DNA of 64,000 nt from contig NZ_JBALWE010000013.1 in the NCBI RefSeq assembly GCF_036960865.1, positions 5,599-69,598 on the forward strand, in the 5' to 3' direction. A model generated the notes under the pieces. The model was not told where the DNA came from and searched no databases. It saw only the letters and a program-made list of their open reading frames with translations. The translations under genes were made by a program, and so were the position numbers. Positions 8,578 through 18,638 of the stretch are shown piece after piece. Position 1 is the stretch's first letter, and every line of letters starts with the position of its first letter. This DNA comes from Halopseudomonas sp. (GTDB taxonomy: Bacteria; Pseudomonadota; Gammaproteobacteria; Pseudomonadales; Pseudomonadaceae).

Positions 8578-9829
8578 ACAGCCCCTGGTACGCCGAATCG
8601 TTATTGCCTTCACGCTGATGACGCTGATCGTCAGCGGCACCTTCTCGCTCGGCATTGTCGCTATCGTGCATTTCATCGAGGCGCATCTGGTATCGCAGGA
8701 GATGAACGAGGAGCTCGACAGCATCCTGCAGAAGGACCTTGCCCTCGGCCTGCCCCCGCGCCTGGACCTGAAAACCCGCCTGTTTGCCTCACACATGCCC
8801 GGCTACGACATACCGGCCAGCTTCATCGGCCTGGATGAAGGCTTCAACGAAGTAGTCAACGAAGAAGGCGCCTACTACGTCTTCATCCGCGAGACGCCGC
8901 AACAGCGTTACCTGCTGGTGCAGGAGCAAGCCGAGTTCGAAGCCAGGGAGAACGCTCTGTTCGCGGTGGTGTTTGCCGGCTTCCTGCTTAGCGGCCTCGC
9001 CGCCTGGCTGCTTGGCTGGCTGATGGCCCGCACCATCATCGCGCCCCTGTCGCGGCTGGCCCGCCAGGTAAGGCACCGTGATCAACTGCTGACCCTGGCC
9101 CCCCATCTGGCACCCGACTATCCCGACGACGAGGTCGGGCATCTCGCGGCCGCCTTCGACGAAACCCTTGGACAGTTGCGCAACTCCCTGGAGCGCGAGC
9201 GGCTGTTTACCAGCGACGTGAGTCACGAATTGCGCACACCGCTAATGGTGATAGCGTCGTCGGCAGAACTGCTTGAGGCCAGTTCACTGGACGAGCGAAA
9301 AGCTCGGCAGGTCAACCGCATCAAGCGCGCAACCGATGAAATCAACGAGCTAGTGGAAACCTTCCTGTTGCTGGCACGCGCAAACAGCGCCGCCCAACCC
9401 CTGACCGGCGGCGCCACCCTGGCGCAGGTCGCGCAGGAACAGGGCCAGCGCTGGGGGCCGCGCTTCGGCGAAAAAGGACTGGACTTTCAACTGCTGACAG
9501 AAGGTCAGGACAGCGCTCTCTATCATGCCGGGCTGCTGGCGACGGTCATATCGAATCTGCTACGCAACGCTCTGCACTACACCGAGCACGGCGCTGTGCG
9601 CCTGGTGCTGGAGGCCGGCGGCTTTCGCGTCGAGGACACCGGCCAAGGCATACCCAGCGGCCAGCAGGACAGTATATTTCAGCCCTTCGTACGCGGCTCA
9701 CAGGCCCGTGGCGAAGGGTTGGGGCTGGGACTGTCACTGGTCAAGCGCATCTGCGCGCACCAGCGCTGGCAGGTACGGATGTACTCCCTGCCCGCCGGCG
9801 GCAGCTGCTTCGCAGTCAAACTCGGCTGA
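8567..9829 (+). CDS. colS: Sensor histidine kinase ColS
   Basis: Start placed at the ATG at 8567, which overlaps the colR stop. There are two TM segments flanking an acidic periplasmic loop (VQEQAEFEARE, ExxE-type). H-box is SHELRTPL; N and G boxes are NLLRNALHY, DTGQGI and GLGLGLS. Confidence 0.8.
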   Translation: MNAKQPLVRRIVIAFTLMTLIVSGTFSLGIVAIVHFIEAHLVSQEMNEELDSILQKDLALGLPPRLDLKTRLFASHMPGYDIPASFIGLDEGFNEVVNEEGAYYVFIRETPQQRYLLVQEQAEFEARENALFAVVFAGFLLSGLAAWLLGWLMARTIIAPLSRLARQVRHRDQLLTLAPHLAPDYPDDEVGHLAAAFDETLGQLRNSLERERLFTSDVSHELRTPLMVIASSAELLEASSLDERKARQVNRIKRATDEINELVETFLLLARANSAAQPLTGGATLAQVAQEQGQRWGPRFGEKGLDFQLLTEGQDSALYHAGLLATVISNLLRNALHYTEHGAVRLVLEAGGFRVEDTGQGIPSGQQDSIFQPFVRGSQARGEGLGLGLSLVKRICAHQRWQVRMYSLPAGGSCFAVKLG

Positions 9830-9868
9830 CCTGCCTCCGGCGTGCCAGTCGATTGCTGATTTTGGCTT

Positions 9869-9884
9869 TTCACGTTTTTTTCAC
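9869..9884 (+). promoter_or_regulatory. ColR-binding-site candidate upstream of the methyltransferase/inaA/dgkA operon
   Basis: TTCACGTTTTTTTCAC fits the same recalled ColR consensus at all constrained positions. The surrounding sequence is a TTTTCAC direct repeat (ggcTTTTCACgtttTTTTCAC). It lies 67 nt upstream of the ATG at 9951. Confidence 0.55.
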
Positions 9885-9950
9885 AACCCTTTGACAGTCG
9901 TTTGACCTGACCCTGCTTAGTCTGGCCCACATGAACTCTTCGAGGGCCTC

Positions 9951-10646
9951 GTGATGGCAAAATCAAAATCGATCGAACTGGCATTCTCCGACAAGTACGA
10001 CCGCAACCACGCCTACCAGTATCTGCAGAAACACCAGACCGGCCTCTCGCGCCGTCTGTCCAGCTGGCGCGACATGCAATTGGCGCGTCGCGCCCTGCAC
10101 GATGCTGGTGATCCGAACCTGGTACTCGACCTGCCCTGCGGCGCCGGGCGCTTCTGGCCTCTGCTGGCCGAAGCTCCCAACCGCGTCATCCTTGCTGCCG
10201 ACAACTCCGCCGACATGTTGCAGACCGCCCGGCAAGGTCAACCGGCCGACGTAGTCGCGCGGGTCAAGACCTTCCAGACCTCGGCCTTCGATATCAATCT
10301 GGGCGACAACGCCGTCGACAGCATTTTCTGCATGCGCCTGATCCATCATGTGGCCGAACAGGAACACCGCCTGGCCATGCTGCGCGAGCTGTGCCGGGTC
10401 ACCCGCGATACGGTGATCATTTCGCTCTGGGTCGATGGCAACTACAAGGCCTGGAAACGCAAGCGGCTGGAAGCTCGCCGAGCAGCCCGCGGCAAGCGCA
10501 CCGACAACCAGAACCGCTTTCTGGTACGCCGTGACACCATCGAAAGTGAATTTCGTCAGGCCGGGTTCAACATAGTCAACCACCATGACTTTCTGCCCGG
10601 CTATGCAATGTGGCGTGTGTACGTTCTGCGCAAGGTGCGCGCATGA
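9951..10646 (+). CDS. Class I SAM-dependent methyltransferase (ColR-regulon type)
   Basis: LDLPCGAGRF is the motif I glycine-rich loop. The position after colS matches the PP_0903/PA4379-type gene. Confidence 0.75.
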   Translation: MMAKSKSIELAFSDKYDRNHAYQYLQKHQTGLSRRLSSWRDMQLARRALHDAGDPNLVLDLPCGAGRFWPLLAEAPNRVILAADNSADMLQTARQGQPADVVARVKTFQTSAFDINLGDNAVDSIFCMRLIHHVAEQEHRLAMLRELCRVTRDTVIISLWVDGNYKAWKRKRLEARRAARGKRTDNQNRFLVRRDTIESEFRQAGFNIVNHHDFLPGYAMWRVYVLRKVRA

Positions 10647-11344
10647 AAGCCCTGTCCTGGCCGCAAGACGGCGCGCTCGCCAAGGCTGCTCCCTCGGCTT
10701 TTGAGCGCTGGTGGAATATGCAGGGTGAATGGGTTGAAGAACGGAACCAGCGCCGCGGCGGCGAAAGTGGCGTGCAATTATTACCTGCGCAGCAGCCGGG
10801 CAAACCGCCGCTTTACAGCAAGCGCCAGATCGGCCACGTGTTTCGCTCGCTACGCCACCCTCTGGGTTTGCCAACGGTGGTGCGCGAAGAGCAAGCGCTG
10901 ATTGCCTGCGAAGCACTGGGCGTGAGGGTACCCAAGCGGGTATTCTGTGAGGCGCGCCAAGAGGCTGGCCAGTGGCAGGCGCTGCTGATCACCGAGGAGC
11001 TGAGCGGCTTTGTCAGTCTGGATAATTGGTACGCCGAGCACGCGCAGCAGCTCTCCGCCAGCGCTCGCCGGGCTGTGCTGCACCGCCTGGCGCTGGTACT
11101 GCGCAGGCTGCATCGCGGACGCAGACAACACGGCTCTCTGTATAGCAAGCACATCTACATCAGCGTGGATGCCACTCAACCAGCCGTTGCACTGCTGGAT
11201 TTGGAAAAAAGCCGTCGCCGTTTGTTTCGCCACAAGGCCATGCAACATGATCTGGCCCAGCTCTGCCGCAGGCGCGGTGCCATGCCCGAGACAGACTGGG
11301 CCTACCTGCTGCAGTGCTACCACAACCCAAAAAAGCAGCACTAA
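10643..11344 (+). CDS. Lipopolysaccharide kinase InaA-family protein
   Basis: Start at the ATG at 10643 (ATGA overlap). Kinase-like features are present: GESGVQLL, and HRGRRQHGSLYSKHIYI as a catalytic-loop-like segment. The position matches inaA in the ColRS locus. Confidence 0.65.
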   Translation: MKALSWPQDGALAKAAPSAFERWWNMQGEWVEERNQRRGGESGVQLLPAQQPGKPPLYSKRQIGHVFRSLRHPLGLPTVVREEQALIACEALGVRVPKRVFCEARQEAGQWQALLITEELSGFVSLDNWYAEHAQQLSASARRAVLHRLALVLRRLHRGRRQHGSLYSKHIYISVDATQPAVALLDLEKSRRRLFRHKAMQHDLAQLCRRRGAMPETDWAYLLQCYHNPKKQH

Positions 11345-11365
11345 CCGACATCAGAGGCACCAGCA

Positions 11366-11758
11366 ATGCGACCCGAACCCAACACCGGTGAAGAAGCCCT
11401 GGCATTGAAAAGCCGCGGCGGCCTTGGCCGTGTGTTCAAGGCAACCGGCTATTCCTTTGCCGGGTTGCGTGCCGCCATCATTGGTGAGGCGGCGTTCCGT
11501 CAATTGCTGGTGTTGAGCGCGGTATTGATCCCACTGGCCTTTGTATTACCGGTCAGCAATCTGGAACGCGCGGTGCTGTTGCTGGTGGTGTTCGTAGCAC
11601 TGATAGTGGAGCTGCTCAATTCGGCGATTGAAGCGGTAGTCGATCGGGTGTCGCTGGAGCTGCACCCGCTGTCGAAACAGGCCAAGGACATGGGCAGCGC
11701 GGCGCAGCTGGTCTCCTTGCTGATGATCGTCACCGTGTGGCTAGTCGTACTGCTTTAG
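11366..11758 (+). CDS. dgkA: Diacylglycerol kinase
   Basis: Strong by-eye identity to E. coli DgkA motifs: KATGYSFAGLRAA, EAAFRQ, VELLNSAIEAVVDR, AKDMGSAA. Confidence 0.85.
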   Translation: MRPEPNTGEEALALKSRGGLGRVFKATGYSFAGLRAAIIGEAAFRQLLVLSAVLIPLAFVLPVSNLERAVLLLVVFVALIVELLNSAIEAVVDRVSLELHPLSKQAKDMGSAAQLVSLLMIVTVWLVVLL

Positions 11759-11815
11759 CCTCTTACGCGGCGGCGATCCGATCACCGGCCAAAGCGCCAA
11801 ACCTAAAATCGCAGG

Positions 11816-13171
11816 TTAAGTCATTTCCACTTCAGCTTCCGCTTCCTCGGGTATCACCAACGACAGGAAAATCGCACTCAACCCTGCCAGGGTAATGGGC
11901 GTTGCAAACACCTGCTTCAACAGCGACGGCAAATGCTGAGTCGCCTCGGGGACCAGCGTGACACCCAATGCCAGGCCAAAAGAAACCGCCATGATATAGA
12001 CCCGCCGCAGGGTCATTTCCTGCGAAGCCAGAATACGCACGCCGGCCACGGCAATGGTTGAAAACAGCACCAGGGTTGCGCCGCCCAAAACCGGTTTTGG
12101 AATGATCAAAAAGAACGAACCCACGACCGGAAACAAACCCAACAGCAGCAGGAATCCACCAGCCCACAAACCCACATGCCGGCTGGCCACGCCAGTCATT
12201 TGAATCACACCGTTGTTTTGCGAAAAGGTGGTATTGGGGAAGGTATTAAAAATGGCCGCGATCGCAGAGTTGATGCCATCACCCAGCACGCCGCCCTTGA
12301 TACGCTGCATGTAGAGGTCGCCTTTCACGGGCTCCCCAGAGATAACCGAGTTGGCAGTCAAATCGCCCGAGGTTTCAATCGCCGTCACCAGATAGAGAAA
12401 GGCAATGGGAATGAACAATACAAAATCAAAATCGAAACCGTACTTAAAGGGAATTGGCAGGGCAAAAAGTTGAGCAGAACCAAGTGAAGACCAGTTGACC
12501 AGCCCAAGAAAGCTCGCGACCACAGTGCCAATAATCAACCCGATCATGATCGCTGAGATACGCAACATCGGCTTGCCAACAAAGGTCATGACCAAAATAA
12601 CCGCAACAACAAAGGCGCCCAGCAAGAGGTAAATGGGTTTACCCAAATCCTCACCAGCCCGCGCACCGCCAGCGAAATCAGTAAAGCCCGATTTAATGAG
12701 GCTCAAACCGATGATGGTAATAACGATGCCGGTTACGGTTGGTGTAATCACCCGTTTCAATTTATCCAGAAACTGCGAGAGCACAATTTCGACAACGGAG
12801 CCGACCAGACACAGGCCAAAGATCATCGCCAGAATATCCTCAGGTGTGCCGCCTTTGCCCTTGACGGCAAAACCGGCGGCCAGCACCGCGCCCAAAAACG
12901 CAAAGCTGGTCCCTTGCAAGCTGAGCATGCCTGAACCAACAGGCCCAATCTTTTTGCATTGGATAAAGGTCGCAATGCCGGAAACAAAAAACGCCATGGC
13001 GATCAGGTACGAGGTATAGGCTCCCAGGCCCAGCGCCCCACCAATAATCAGCGACGGCGTCGCAATACCGACAATTGAAGCCAATACGTGTTGCACAGCA
13101 GCCAGTGCAGATTTTGCTGGCGGGGGTACGTCGTTCAAGCCGTACACCAAAGCAGTCGAGGTTTTGCTCAT
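11816..13171 (-). CDS. NCS2-family nucleobase:cation symporter (xanthine/uracil-type permease)
   Basis: 451 aa, polytopic. The N-terminus (YGLNDVPPPAKSALAAVQHVLA) and the FSQNNGVIQMTGV segment are typical of NCS2 permeases. Confidence 0.8.
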   Translation of the reverse strand: MSKTSTALVYGLNDVPPPAKSALAAVQHVLASIVGIATPSLIIGGALGLGAYTSYLIAMAFFVSGIATFIQCKKIGPVGSGMLSLQGTSFAFLGAVLAAGFAVKGKGGTPEDILAMIFGLCLVGSVVEIVLSQFLDKLKRVITPTVTGIVITIIGLSLIKSGFTDFAGGARAGEDLGKPIYLLLGAFVVAVILVMTFVGKPMLRISAIMIGLIIGTVVASFLGLVNWSSLGSAQLFALPIPFKYGFDFDFVLFIPIAFLYLVTAIETSGDLTANSVISGEPVKGDLYMQRIKGGVLGDGINSAIAAIFNTFPNTTFSQNNGVIQMTGVASRHVGLWAGGFLLLLGLFPVVGSFFLIIPKPVLGGATLVLFSTIAVAGVRILASQEMTLRRVYIMAVSFGLALGVTLVPEATQHLPSLLKQVFATPITLAGLSAIFLSLVIPEEAEAEVEMT

Positions 13172-13505
13172 GGTTCATTCATCCCTGGGTTATGGCGGTT
13201 TCTTGTTGCACCCGCTTGGGTGGAAGAAAGCAGAACGCCAATGTTCACTAACGGAGCAAGACCTGGGAATGCCTGCTGTGCGCTGCACAGAAATCAGGCA
13301 ATACAATAAAAAAACGCCCTTCAACACCGGTTTAACCCCGTTGTGAGAATAGCTGCGATTTCCACGCCAATTCCGCCGATTTGCTTTAAATCACCAACAA
13401 ACCGGGCGGGCAACTGCCGTGAAAAAGTCAGCGCCTGTCGTCCGCCCCGCAAACAATTCGTTCCGCCGGGCTCACTTAACCTCAGCCAAGGATGAAGTTC
13501 AGCGC

Positions 13506-15002
13506 TCAACGCGAGGTCAGCTTCTGCTGCCTACCGCGGAACATTTTGCTGCGTTTCAGCCGCCGCCAACCTATTACAACGCCAGTTACACTGATGATCA
13601 GCCCGCCGAGGCTGAAACTCACCATCAGCACATCCCACACCGGCCGGTTCTCCAGCAGCGGCAACCAGTCCCAGCTGTGCAGCAAAGCAAACAGCACCCG
13701 TGAGGTTCGTTTACCGCTACTGGCCTGGCTGAGAATCTCACCGGTGTACGGATCAATGTGCAGCCAGGTTTGTGCTGCATCCGGGTACTCTACGCGCAGC
13801 ACCGGCAGCGGCTTGGCCAGGTGCCCCAGCATGCTGTGCTCGGTGCGTGGGTAATAGTAGAAGTCATAGGCATTGAGCCACTGCATTTGCGGCGGCTCGG
13901 CGGGCCACACAGCCGCCGCGGCGTGTTCCAGCAAGGCAGCCGGCACACGCTCGACGACCGGCCCGCCGCTCAGGCTCACCCGCGTGGCGCCTTGGGCGTT
14001 CTGCGCTACCACCAGCGTCTCACCAGCAACCTGCCGCCACACCAGCTCGACTGGTATCAGCCCACTGCGCTGAAAGCGTTGCAGCAGGAGCGCCGGGTTG
14101 TGCTCGAGGTACTCGGGGGCCAGCGTGCCACCGGCATAGGCTCGGGTATCCAAGGGAACAGCCGGGCTGAACACCGACCAGGGGTTCATCGACATCAGGC
14201 CGCTGAAAACCCAGGTCACCAGCAGGCCACCTGCGCCCAAGCCGACCAGATGATGCCAGCGGCCAACCCCCTTGTACGGCGAGTGCGCGCCACTACGGTA
14301 ACGCCGCTTGCCGCGCCAGCGCAGCACTCCCAGCAGCATACCCAGCAGCGCCATCACGGTGGCCGCCAGCGACAGATAGACCACGGTGTTATGCCAGGCC
14401 GATTGCAGCCAGTTGCCGCGCAGCGGGTAAAGCCAGTGAATCCAGGCACCCAGCCAGTTCCAGCGCCGCTCCGTGAGCGTGGCATCGCGCACCACCGCGC
14501 CGCTGCGGCTGGAGATGTACAACAGCCGCTGCTGGTCATCGTGCAGCTGCACACGGTACAGCGGCCGGTCGGCGTCCAGACTGCGCGAATGCGTCCAGGG
14601 GTCCTCATCAATCAGGCCCTGTGCCTGCATTGGCGTACGCGGTGCAAACTGCTGGGCGGCCTGCAACGCCTGCGCGGCGCTGAGGGTGCTGACCGGCTCG
14701 CCGCTGCGGGCGTTAACCACCCGCTGCTCACCACCGGTATAGCTGAGCACGTAATGCGGTACACCGCGCAGGCTGGTCAGGCGGACACTCTGCAGCGACT
14801 GATCAGGCTCGACCAACGCCGCCAGATCAACGCAGCAGTTTTGCAGCGCCAGCGGCGGCAGGTGCGCCAAATGCTCGCGTGGCGTGAGCTTGGGATAGCC
14901 CACATACATCATCACCACGCCGGAAAAAAGCCACATGGCCATGAACAGGCATAGCGCTACACCCAACCAGCGGTGCCAGAGAAACAGATAACGTTTCATC
15001 AT
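13506..15002 (-). CDS. PepSY-associated TM-helix protein (PiuB-like)
   Basis: Start moved to ATGATG at 15002 behind GGGAGAG. FLWHRWLGV, a PepSY-TM hallmark, lies near the N-terminus. The gene is directly downstream of the TonB-dependent receptor. Confidence 0.75.
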   Translation of the reverse strand: MMKRYLFLWHRWLGVALCLFMAMWLFSGVVMMYVGYPKLTPREHLAHLPPLALQNCCVDLAALVEPDQSLQSVRLTSLRGVPHYVLSYTGGEQRVVNARSGEPVSTLSAAQALQAAQQFAPRTPMQAQGLIDEDPWTHSRSLDADRPLYRVQLHDDQQRLLYISSRSGAVVRDATLTERRWNWLGAWIHWLYPLRGNWLQSAWHNTVVYLSLAATVMALLGMLLGVLRWRGKRRYRSGAHSPYKGVGRWHHLVGLGAGGLLVTWVFSGLMSMNPWSVFSPAVPLDTRAYAGGTLAPEYLEHNPALLLQRFQRSGLIPVELVWRQVAGETLVVAQNAQGATRVSLSGGPVVERVPAALLEHAAAAVWPAEPPQMQWLNAYDFYYYPRTEHSMLGHLAKPLPVLRVEYPDAAQTWLHIDPYTGEILSQASSGKRTSRVLFALLHSWDWLPLLENRPVWDVLMVSFSLGGLIISVTGVVIGWRRLKRSKMFRGRQQKLTSR

Positions 15003-15018
15003 TCTCTCCCGGCCGGCG

Positions 15019-17184
15019 TCAGAAGCGCGCTTGCAGCGCCACTTCAAGACTGCGTGGCGCACCGAGGTAAAGCATGCTCGAGCCGGCCTGCCGCGCGTAG
15101 ACCTCATCAGTGAAGTTGCGTCCGCGCAGGCTCAGCTGGGTATCGTCGGCCAGCTCATAGCCGACGAAAGCACCAAAGAGCGTGTAGGACGGCACCGACA
15201 GGGTGTTGGCAGCATCGGCGTAAACAGAGGCGACATAGCGCGTGTCCATGCCCAACTGCCAGCGTGGCGCGACGTCATAGGTCAGCCACAGGTTGGCCAC
15301 CTTGTCGGGCACGTTGCTGGGGCTGTTGCCAGATCGGGACACGGCCACTCCGGCGACGTTATCGTTGAACTCGTCGTACTCGGCATCTACCCAGGCAAAG
15401 TTGCCCTCGGCCAGCAGCTTTGGCGTTACCCAAAGCGAGCCGGCCAGTTCAATCCCGGTGGACGATTGCTGCCCCACCGGCAGAGTTTCACCGGGGTTGT
15501 TCGGGTCATTGGTGGCCAGATCCTTGCGCGTGATCTGGTAGAGCGCCACGGTGGCCGAGCCACGCCCAGCAAGAAAGTCGAACTTGCTGCCCACCTCCCA
15601 TTGCTCGCCGGTGGTCAGGTCAAAATCCTGGATCTGACCAAAGCTCGCCGTGGTCAGCACGCCCGACGGTGGATCTGCTGCCGTGCTGTACTGCACATAG
15701 ACATTGGCTGCTGGCGTCAACTCGTAGACCAGGCCAATGCGGCCAGTGGTGGGCTCGTAGGTCTGACCGAATTCGGCTGGGTTGGTGGCCGAGGGCGTCT
15801 GGTGGTTGGTCACCTTCAGGTCGATCCAGTCATGCCGCAGACCGGTGAGCAGCGCCAGCCGGTCGGTCAGTTCGGTACGGTTCTCCAGGTACAGCGCCCA
15901 GGTGTTCAGCTCGTTGCTGCGCTGCGGCTCATGGCCGGGCGCCATGCCGGGAATATCGTAGAAGTGACCGGGGTCGAAGTTGTCCGGATCCACCACATCA
16001 AACACCGCCGACACCGAGCGCGGGTAGCGCGTTTGCACGTTGTGACTGTATTCCAGCCCCAGCGACCAGTCGCTCTTGCGGTCGAACAGACGGCTGTTAT
16101 GCAACAGTTCGACGCGGTCGCCGTTGACCTCCTGATCGTGCCGCTGCAGCAGCGCCGCCGAGCGGCTGATCTGGCTGTTGTCCGCCGTATAGGTGTAGCG
16201 CTCCAGATTGCGATAATCGCGCTGCGCGTTGTAGTGATAGAAGGTATTGCGCAGCCGCGTCTGGTCGCTGAGCCAGTATTCGATGATCGAGCGCAGCCAG
16301 CGCACCCGCTGCTCGTAGCGGCCATCTTCCACGTTGTAGTTTTCAAAGCGACGGCCGTCGTCGATCTTCATCTCACCGCCAATGGGTTGCAGCACCGGCG
16401 TGCCCCAGTAGGGGCTGTCGACCTGCTCGTTCTGGTATTCCAGCGCCAGGGTGTGCGACAGCTGATCACTGAAGTCGGTGCGTAGCGACAGCGCCGAGCT
16501 AAAGGCGCTGCGCTCCTCGCGATCGACATAGCCGTTGCTGCCGGTCTGGCTGACGTCGAGGCGCAGGGTATTGCGCACCGGGCCGTCGTTGAGCTGCTGG
16601 TTCAGGCCGAAGGCCAGCTCGCGGCTGTCGTAGCTGCCATACTTGATGCGCCCTTCGCTGAACGATTGGTTGGGGTCGGCCAGCTTGCTGATGTAGTTCA
16701 CCGAGCCGCCGACACCACCCGAGCCGTTGAGAAAGCTCGAGGCGCCGCCAATGGCTTCAACCCGGTCGTAGATCCAGCTGTCGACCGGGCGCGCGGCGAT
16801 GGCGTCATATTGCAGCGTGATGCCGTTGAACATCTGTGTGACCTGCGAGCTGGTAAAGCCCCGCCAGGAGATAAATCCGGCAGAGCCTGGCGGGGCTGCC
16901 GCCGTGACACCGGGAATGCTGGCGAGAATGTCCTGGGTATTTTCCGCGCCACGGGCGCTGATCTGCTCGCGGTCGAGCACTGTCACCGACGCCGGTGTTT
17001 GCCGTGGCGTGAGGTCCAGCCGCGAACCGGTTTCTGCTGGTACATCCAGCTGCAGTCCGGCAGGATCCTGCTTGCTGCCGATGACTTCGAGCGTGGGTAA
17101 TTCCAGGGCGTCCTGCGCAAAAACATATGAGACAGGCGCGCAGAGCAGCAGCACGCCGGTAGAGCGAAGAAGTGTCGATTTCAT
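15019..17184 (-). CDS. TonB-dependent outer-membrane receptor
   Basis: Signal peptide ending VFAQD; TonB-box-like LPTLEVIG; plug motifs (TPASVTVLDREQI, RGF); C-terminal ...LEVALQARF with terminal Phe. Confidence 0.9.
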   Translation of the reverse strand: MKSTLLRSTGVLLLCAPVSYVFAQDALELPTLEVIGSKQDPAGLQLDVPAETGSRLDLTPRQTPASVTVLDREQISARGAENTQDILASIPGVTAAAPPGSAGFISWRGFTSSQVTQMFNGITLQYDAIAARPVDSWIYDRVEAIGGASSFLNGSGGVGGSVNYISKLADPNQSFSEGRIKYGSYDSRELAFGLNQQLNDGPVRNTLRLDVSQTGSNGYVDREERSAFSSALSLRTDFSDQLSHTLALEYQNEQVDSPYWGTPVLQPIGGEMKIDDGRRFENYNVEDGRYEQRVRWLRSIIEYWLSDQTRLRNTFYHYNAQRDYRNLERYTYTADNSQISRSAALLQRHDQEVNGDRVELLHNSRLFDRKSDWSLGLEYSHNVQTRYPRSVSAVFDVVDPDNFDPGHFYDIPGMAPGHEPQRSNELNTWALYLENRTELTDRLALLTGLRHDWIDLKVTNHQTPSATNPAEFGQTYEPTTGRIGLVYELTPAANVYVQYSTAADPPSGVLTTASFGQIQDFDLTTGEQWEVGSKFDFLAGRGSATVALYQITRKDLATNDPNNPGETLPVGQQSSTGIELAGSLWVTPKLLAEGNFAWVDAEYDEFNDNVAGVAVSRSGNSPSNVPDKVANLWLTYDVAPRWQLGMDTRYVASVYADAANTLSVPSYTLFGAFVGYELADDTQLSLRGRNFTDEVYARQAGSSMLYLGAPRSLEVALQARF

Positions 17185-17279
17185 GGAGTCTTTCCTGACA
17201 AATCCGAGTGCTCACACCCCTTGGAACACAACGCGCAGGGGAGCAAGAGCGGCAATACCGCCGACAGGCGGTGGGAAAG

Positions 17280-17663
17280 TCAGAACAGTGGTGAAGCCCT
17301 GGGGTTGGCCGGCGGCCAGGCGTAGCGTGGATACAGACGCTGCGCTGCCTGACGCAGCGGCATCGGGCGATCACGGCGCAGCATGAGCAGCCACGCCAGC
17401 GCAAACAACATGCCGATGGAAATACTAATTGCACCGCAGACCGGACACTTGAACGCCATCATGTTACCGGTGGCGCTGGCGCCATCATCGGCACTCAAAT
17501 CGACGCTGCTGCCATATCCCAGCGAACAGAACACAATGCCCACACCACTCAACTGCATGCCCGTCATCTGTCCATGCAGCAGACCACAGGTCGGCACATT
17601 GAACAGGATGCTGAAATACAGCAGCCAGGCAAAAAGGGAGCGTTGGGAGGGTGTTAGCGTCAT
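17280..17663 (-). CDS. DUF2946-like small membrane protein
   Basis: 127 aa with N- and C-terminal hydrophobic helices and Cys/His pairs (CGLLHG, CPVCG). It sits immediately upstream of a TonB receptor, as is typical for this family. Confidence 0.55.
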   Translation of the reverse strand: MTLTPSQRSLFAWLLYFSILFNVPTCGLLHGQMTGMQLSGVGIVFCSLGYGSSVDLSADDGASATGNMMAFKCPVCGAISISIGMLFALAWLLMLRRDRPMPLRQAAQRLYPRYAWPPANPRASPLF

Positions 17664-17744
17664 GCTGGCAAGTCTAGCAGTAGCTCGGCCAGCGCGGAAT
17701 GAGGTGCCCCGCTACGGAATGTCGCAAGCTGCGCAGTGCGGGGA

Positions 17745-18581
17745 TCAGGCGGCGGCGACCGCAGCACCGTCCTGCAGGTGGCTGTCTATCAACGGCGCCA
17801 CCCGATCGGCTGCCTCAACCACAACCCAGTGCCCCACCTCCGCAAAGCGTTCTATTCTGGCGGCGCCAAAACGCTCGGCGTAGCGCGCAGGAATATAGGG
17901 ATCGCGCTGGCCCCAGAGCACCAGCGTGGGGTGGTCTGCAGTCACCGCCAGCATGCGGGTCTCCCAGCCGGCGAAGTTGGCCGGATCAGTGGCGCGATAA
18001 AGCCTGAGCACTTGCTGTCGCACCTCGGGAGTGAAATGACGATAGGCCTCGGCAATTTGCTGTTTGCTCAGGCCGGGGCCGCCCGCCCGCAGAGAGAAGC
18101 TGAACATCAGCTTGCCCAGACCCGGAATGCCCATCAGCGCCATCGACAGCTCGCCCAGACGCGGTGTGCGCCAGACACGGCCCCAGAAGTGCCAGCGATA
18201 ATCCTGTTGAAATACCGTATTGGTGATGATCAAACGGCGTACACGCTCGGGGTAGGCAGTGGCGAAAGCGAGGCCGTAGACGCCGCCAAAGTCATGCAGC
18301 AGCAAGTCGACCGGCCGATCGACCTGCGTGGCATCGAGCACATGCCCGACCCAGTCAGCCATACCCTGCAAGGTTACTTCGGCGTGATCAGCGCGGCTTT
18401 TGCTGGCGCCAAAGCCGGGTAGATCGGGGACGATCAGTCGGTAGTTGCCGCGCAACTTGGCGATCAGCGGCAGCCACATGACGTGGCTATCAGGATTGCC
18501 ATGCAGCATCAGCACCGGTTGCCCGGCACCTCGCACATAGACTTCAGTGGTTACACCGTTTGCCTGAACCTTCATTGTCAT
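17745..18581 (-). CDS. Alpha/beta-fold hydrolase
   Basis: MLHGNPDSHVMW (HG oxyanion region) and HDFGG (nucleophile-elbow-like Gx(S/D)xG). The start at ATG 18581 is preferred over the TTG in the track. Confidence 0.75.
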   Translation of the reverse strand: MTMKVQANGVTTEVYVRGAGQPVLMLHGNPDSHVMWLPLIAKLRGNYRLIVPDLPGFGASKSRADHAEVTLQGMADWVGHVLDATQVDRPVDLLLHDFGGVYGLAFATAYPERVRRLIITNTVFQQDYRWHFWGRVWRTPRLGELSMALMGIPGLGKLMFSFSLRAGGPGLSKQQIAEAYRHFTPEVRQQVLRLYRATDPANFAGWETRMLAVTADHPTLVLWGQRDPYIPARYAERFGAARIERFAEVGHWVVVEAADRVAPLIDSHLQDGAAVAAA

Positions 18582-18638
18582 CCGTAACCGGGGCAAAGCC
18601 CCTTTTCCGTGGGGCGCGCTAAGCGCGTCGGTAGCAGA

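Noticed and set aside
13276-13290. CTGTGCGCTGCACAG palindrome upstream of the NCS2 permease as a LexA box
   Set aside because: The spacing is CTGT-N7-ACAG rather than N8 and the core is GC-rich. It may be some other regulator's site or a small hairpin, but no SOS call is justified.
13758-16485. 398-aa and 484-aa plus-strand ORFs (13758-14954, 15031-16485)
   Set aside because: They are antisense to the PepSY and TonB-receptor genes, which have clear family signatures. These are high-GC artefacts.
15019-17184. Naming the TonB receptor OprC (copper receptor)
   Set aside because: The mature protein contains no cysteine, and I could not find the Cys/Met/His copper-site pattern I associate with OprC. 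It is kept as a generic TonB-dependent receptor.
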